DNA from: Bythopirellula sp.
GTDB taxonomy: Bacteria > Planctomycetota > Planctomycetia > Pirellulales > Lacipirellulaceae
Assembly: GCA_965216565.1 (NCBI GenBank)
Contig: OZ244170.1
Span: 3,904,001 to 3,968,000 of the forward strand
DNA: 64,000 bases
Direction: 5' to 3'
Positions within the stretch are counted from its first letter, which is position 1; each line of letters opens with the position of its first letter. This document shows, one piece after another, positions 59,750 to 64,000 of the stretch. The translations under genes were made by a program, and so were the position numbers. Under the pieces are notes generated by a model. It saw only the letters and a list, made by a program, of their open reading frames with translations, was not told the origin of the DNA and ran no database searches.

Positions 59750-62700
59750 ATGCCCCGATTTCTGCTGCGACTACCCACTGTCTTGATTGTGCTGGTGGGC
59801 TGCTGTGCTTCGTTACAAATTCAAGCCGCAACGACCAACGTAACATTTACGGTCTCCTCCAATACGGATGATGCGTCTCAAGATTCCGGCGGGACTATGT
59901 ATGTTTCGTCTGTTAATTCTTATATGAGTCGATTCTGCGGATATCGCTTTCAGAATGTGACTATTCCGGCTGGTGCTACGATCACTAGCGCCACCTTGCA
60001 GGTATATGCTTACGGGGGGGGAACCACTAGTTTCTCAGTAGACCTCTTGGCCCAAGATGCGGACAATCCTTCTACATTCACTTCGAGCGGCAGTAACATC
60101 AGTGGTCGTACTGGTACTTCTGCCCAAACGGTATGGTCAGTCGGTTCAAGCTCATTTACAGATGGGCAATCCATTACTTCGCCCGACTTTGCCTCGTCCA
60201 TTCAGGAAGTAGTCGACAGAAGTGGCTGGGCGTCGGGGAATGCGCTAGTCGTATTGACGACGCACAATTCTGGTGATAAAGGCATCTCTCAGCGTGATCG
60301 AAGCACGTCCTACGCTCCCAAGTTGCACATTACCTACTCAACAGGTGGATCGACCTTCTACGTTCGCACCGATGGAGACGATTCGAATACTGGAACTGGC
60401 GATTCTACTTCAGAAGCATGGCAAACCATCGACAGAGCGCTGACAAGTTCTTCTGTGGGCGAAGGCGCTATCATTTACGTTAGGAGCGGAACCTACAACG
60501 AAGAAATAGCCCCAACAAGAGATGGCACTTCCAGCTCACCGATTCAGGTAATTGCGGACCGAGATGGCTCGATCTTCGGAGGTATAGGTGGCAACGTTGT
60601 TATTCAAGCGCCAAGTGGCACGAGTGCGTTTGACCTGGAGTTTGACGACTACATTAGATTCACCGGATTGACGCTACAAGGTAACGGTACAGACACTGTT
60701 TTTCTTTCGGATTGCGCCGGTGTGGTATTCAATTCATGCGAGGTTTCCAGTGGCACTGATGGTTTTAACATCGCTGGAAGTAGTACCGTGACACTGAGTA
60801 ATTGTCTAATTCGCAGCAACTCAGCAGATGGAATTGGCCTCCATGGAGGTACAACAACCGTTTACAACTGTACAGTTGTTGCTAACGGAGACGACGGCAT
60901 CGACGCAGGTAACAACAATGCCACGGTGGTCAATTCCATCATTGCAAACAACGGAGACTATGGTTTCTCTCGACAATCGGATGGCGATGGGACATTCTCC
61001 AATTTCTACAACTTGCTCCACAACAACACGAGCGGTAACTATAACGGTGCCTCGACTGGCGTCGGAGAGATTTCGTCCGACCCCTTGTTTGTAGGAGGTA
61101 GTGACTATCACTTGCAGAGTGGTTCACCAGCCATCGATGCAGGGGCAGATCTCAGTGGCACCGTTGATAACGATATGGATGGCAATGCCCGTCCCAACGG
61201 ATCGAGCCACGATATGGGGGCCTACGAAAACACGCCGTCCACGGACTACTACGTGCGATCCGATGGCAGTGATAGTAATTCAGGAACAGGCCCCACGGCG
61301 GGGGAAGCTTGGGCGACAGTCGAACATGCAGCCGAGCAGTCGATAGCAGCGGGATCCATTGTTCATGTCCAAGCGGGGACCTATGCTGGCGCTATCTCGG
61401 CAGGTGTGAGTGGGAACTCGGGGAGCCCGATCCAATTTATCGCCGATCGCTCCGGCACGGTGACCGGGTGGCCATCGGGAGAAGTCTACTTGCAATCGAG
61501 TTCTGGGAACAAGGTAGTGGATATTGATGGTGAGGACTACTTGGAGTTTTACGGCTTCACTTTCGACGGTGAACCTGGAGACAGGGCAATCGCCATCGAC
61601 GATAGCCAAGGGATCGTCATCAGCCACTGTGAGATTTACGGGGGTAACCGAGGAATCGAGATCGATAACGACGCCGAGGTGACGGTCCTCAACTGCCTGA
61701 TTCATAACAATAATCGGGGAATCGAAGTTATCGATGGTACGGCTGACATTTGGAACTGTACCATCGCAGACAATACAGTCGATGGTTTTGAGCTTGAAGA
61801 TGGTACGGCAACAGTCACCAACTGTATCATTGCCAACAATGGTAATGCTGGAATCGACTACAATAACGGTACATTCACACACACCTACAACCTGGTTTTT
61901 GGGAATTCGCCCGATTATGAAGGAACGAGTGCTTCGACGGGAGAAACTTCCGTAGATCCGGAATTCGTTGCTTCCGACAACTACCGCATTGGTGAGAATT
62001 CACCAGCCATCGACGCAGGCACAAACGCATCTGGAACGATAGACGATGATCTGGCAGGAACTGCTCGCCCTATCAACGGCCTTTGGGATATGGGTTGTTA
62101 TGAAGGCCCTGGGTTGATTGGTCATTGGATACTTAATGAAACCACTGGGACGAATGCGACCGATTCCTCACCATTTGGACAGGATGGCACCTACACGAAT
62201 GGAGTCACTCTCAATACGGCTGGACCGTATCCAGGAGACGCAGCGATTGCAGCGGCATTTGATGGAAGCAACGACCGTGTAACGCTACCAAGTGCCACGC
62301 ATGATTTTTCGAACGGGATCACGCTCGCCGCCTGGGTGAAGCCCTCTGCGACCCCCAGTCCGTATGCGTCCATTGTTGCCTTTGGCAACGGCTCGACAGT
62401 TGACGACATCTGGTTCGGTTGGCAGCCAGGATACGGCTTAGAAATTTTTCTAACAGATACAGTAAGTGGCGCTTCGAACACATTTGCCGCCGACTACATA
62501 GAGATGCAAGTTGATGTGTGGGAGCATTGTGTGGTGACGATCGACGCAGCTGGCGACGCAAAGCTTTACCGAAATGGCGTCGAAACTGCCAGCAAGAACG
62601 TTAGTCTACCAACAAATGTTACGCGAACACAAAACTTCATAGGACATTCCGCGTTTGGCGACCCTTTTCCTGGAATCCTGTTCGACGTTCGGATGTACAA

Positions 62701-64000
62701 CCGAGCGATCTCTGCGGAGGAAGTCTCTGAACTCTACGGTTTAGTGGGTCATTGGGAAATGAATGAGAGCACAGGTACCACGGCAGCTGACTCCACCGGC
62801 TATGCCAACGACGCCACGCTGGCAGGCGCTACATGGACCAGCGATTGTGCGGGTAACTATGCTTTAGAATTCGATGGGGCGGGTGGCATCGCTGCGACTG
62901 ATTCCGACTTCGACCCGCCACCGACGGGGACCGTCGCTTTTTGGATGCGCTCCGCTGGCAATCCAGGGGCGCGTTCCCGACCGTTCGGCAATGGTGGTGA
63001 CTGGGAGATGCGGCAAGAATCGGACGGCACCCTTTCCTTCGATATTGGTGGCGAGGGCCCCGACGTGGGAGCAGGACCTGATGCATTTATCACTAACGAG
63101 GGGCTGAGTTTTCAGAACCGCTGGTACCACGTTGTTGCAAAATTCGATGCCGATGACGATTCGTTTGAGGTCTACATCGATGGAACACTTGTCAACAGTG
63201 GCATCAACGGTAACGACATGACGGAGCAGGTGGAGAATATCCTTTCTTTTGGCACGCGGACTGGAAGCACCGAGTACTGGGAAGGAGCATTGCGTGACTT
63301 CCGCATTTACAATCGACCCATTTCCAATGAAGAGATTGGCAGACTTTCAGGGCTATTAGCCCATTGGCGGCTCAACGAGTCTTCGGGTTCCGTGGCAGAC
63401 GATGCTGGGGCACTCGACAACGATGCCACCTATGTGGCGAGCCCCACGCTAGGCGTACCCGGCCCCTACCCCGCTGCCACCGGCACGGCAGTTGCGCTCA
63501 ACGGGACCAGCCAATCGATTACCTCCGGTCAAAGTCTGCTGAGCGGTGTCTCGGAGTTCACCATCATGGGCTGGATTCGTCCGGATGACACTGCGCCTGA
63601 TAAATCGTTCTTCGGTCAGAATGGTGTGATCGAACTGGGAATCGACACTGCCACAAATCAAATCGATTTGTGGACTGCGGCTGGCGGTTCGATTAACGCA
63701 ACCGTGCAGCTGCCCTACGGTAAATGGTCGCATCTATCGGCTACCGGTAGCGGCACCGAATTGCGGCTCTACGTCAACGGTCGACAAGTTGCCTCAGGAG
63801 GTTCCTCAACCTCCAACTATGGAAGCAGTGGGAACGCATTCAAAATTGGCGAAGGGGTCCTCAACTCCACGGGCGACTATCTGCCAGCACGCGTCGACGA
63901 TGTGCGAGTTTATGGACGACTACTATGTCCGCACGATGTGAATGCGATTTACAAAGAAGGTCGTCCCAGTGGTGTGCGGATTATCGAATGGGTTGAAACG
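59750..64000 (+). CDS. Large secreted protein: N-terminal beta-sandwich, two right-handed beta-helix modules, three LamG-like domains (3'-truncated by the window edge)
   Basis: Hand translation of frame +2: GGAG RBS, signal peptide MPRFLLRLPTVLIVLVGCCASLQIQA, YRFQNVTIPAGATITSATL, FYVRTDGDDSNTG and YYVRSDGSDSNSG, SPAIDAG twice, GL.(G/A)HW..NE three times, ending ...GVRIIEWVET at base 64000. It is absent from the ORF track, consistent with no stop codon. Confidence 0.9.
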   Translation, partial: MPRFLLRLPTVLIVLVGCCASLQIQAATTNVTFTVSSNTDDASQDSGGTMYVSSVNSYMSRFCGYRFQNVTIPAGATITSATLQVYAYGGGTTSFSVDLLAQDADNPSTFTSSGSNISGRTGTSAQTVWSVGSSSFTDGQSITSPDFASSIQEVVDRSGWASGNALVVLTTHNSGDKGISQRDRSTSYAPKLHITYSTGGSTFYVRTDGDDSNTGTGDSTSEAWQTIDRALTSSSVGEGAIIYVRSGTYNEEIAPTRDGTSSSPIQVIADRDGSIFGGIGGNVVIQAPSGTSAFDLEFDDYIRFTGLTLQGNGTDTVFLSDCAGVVFNSCEVSSGTDGFNIAGSSTVTLSNCLIRSNSADGIGLHGGTTTVYNCTVVANGDDGIDAGNNNATVVNSIIANNGDYGFSRQSDGDGTFSNFYNLLHNNTSGNYNGASTGVGEISSDPLFVGGSDYHLQSGSPAIDAGADLSGTVDNDMDGNARPNGSSHDMGAYENTPSTDYYVRSDGSDSNSGTGPTAGEAWATVEHAAEQSIAAGSIVHVQAGTYAGAISAGVSGNSGSPIQFIADRSGTVTGWPSGEVYLQSSSGNKVVDIDGEDYLEFYGFTFDGEPGDRAIAIDDSQGIVISHCEIYGGNRGIEIDNDAEVTVLNCLIHNNNRGIEVIDGTADIWNCTIADNTVDGFELEDGTATVTNCIIANNGNAGIDYNNGTFTHTYNLVFGNSPDYEGTSASTGETSVDPEFVASDNYRIGENSPAIDAGTNASGTIDDDLAGTARPINGLWDMGCYEGPGLIGHWILNETTGTNATDSSPFGQDGTYTNGVTLNTAGPYPGDAAIAAAFDGSNDRVTLPSATHDFSNGITLAAWVKPSATPSPYASIVAFGNGSTVDDIWFGWQPGYGLEIFLTDTVSGASNTFAADYIEMQVDVWEHCVVTIDAAGDAKLYRNGVETASKNVSLPTNVTRTQNFIGHSAFGDPFPGILFDVRMYNRAISAEEVSELYGLVGHWEMNESTGTTAADSTGYANDATLAGATWTSDCAGNYALEFDGAGGIAATDSDFDPPPTGTVAFWMRSAGNPGARSRPFGNGGDWEMRQESDGTLSFDIGGEGPDVGAGPDAFITNEGLSFQNRWYHVVAKFDADDDSFEVYIDGTLVNSGINGNDMTEQVENILSFGTRTGSTEYWEGALRDFRIYNRPISNEEIGRLSGLLAHWRLNESSGSVADDAGALDNDATYVASPTLGVPGPYPAATGTAVALNGTSQSITSGQSLLSGVSEFTIMGWIRPDDTAPDKSFFGQNGVIELGIDTATNQIDLWTAAGGSINATVQLPYGKWSHLSATGSGTELRLYVNGRQVASGGSSTSNYGSSGNAFKIGEGVLNSTGDYLPARVDDVRVYGRLLCPHDVNAIYKEGRPSGVRIIEWVET

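Noticed and set aside
60010..63733. Many short ORFs listed in the last 4 kb
   Set aside because: All are alternative-frame or antisense fragments within the single long frame +2 gene starting at 59750.

Overview
This window looks like chromosomal DNA from a planctomycete (Pirellulales-like). The evidence is a DUF1559/H-X9-DG protein, two large LE[ED]RR-motif extracellular proteins, a TIGR04138-type protein, PEP-CTERM proteins and an OmcB-like DUF11 protein. About 45 CDSs are present. Housekeeping and metabolic genes include uvrA (5' end outside the window), a fadJ/fadB-fadA beta-oxidation pair, an HDAC-family deacylase, PSP1/RicT, gluQ, a DUF485-actP-HAD operon, LysR-gltB-gltD, a cyclophilin, rsmD, lnt and an ABC-F ATPase. 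Several modular surface proteins are interleaved, including a >1400-aa beta-helix/LamG protein at the right edge that the ORF track misses because it has no stop in the window. I saw no rRNA, tRNA, CRISPR array or transposase. The best candidates for poorly described systems are: (1) a sigma-54 activator with an unrecognised N-terminal domain, divergent from two unknown polytopic membrane proteins, with a correctly spaced -24/-12 promoter and candidate enhancer repeats; (2) a DUF4430 + DUF6580 pair resembling a minimal cobalamin-uptake module; (3) gluQ overlapping a stand-alone DUF2156 aminoacyl-tRNA-dependent transferase; (4) an operon of a RimB-like protease, a RimK-RCK_C fusion and an M14 hydrolase; (5) an unnamed ~165-aa domain shared by neighbouring surface proteins with different export signals; (6) three intergenic 9-bp-periodic inverted repeats. 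All family assignments come from motif recognition by eye, not from database searches.
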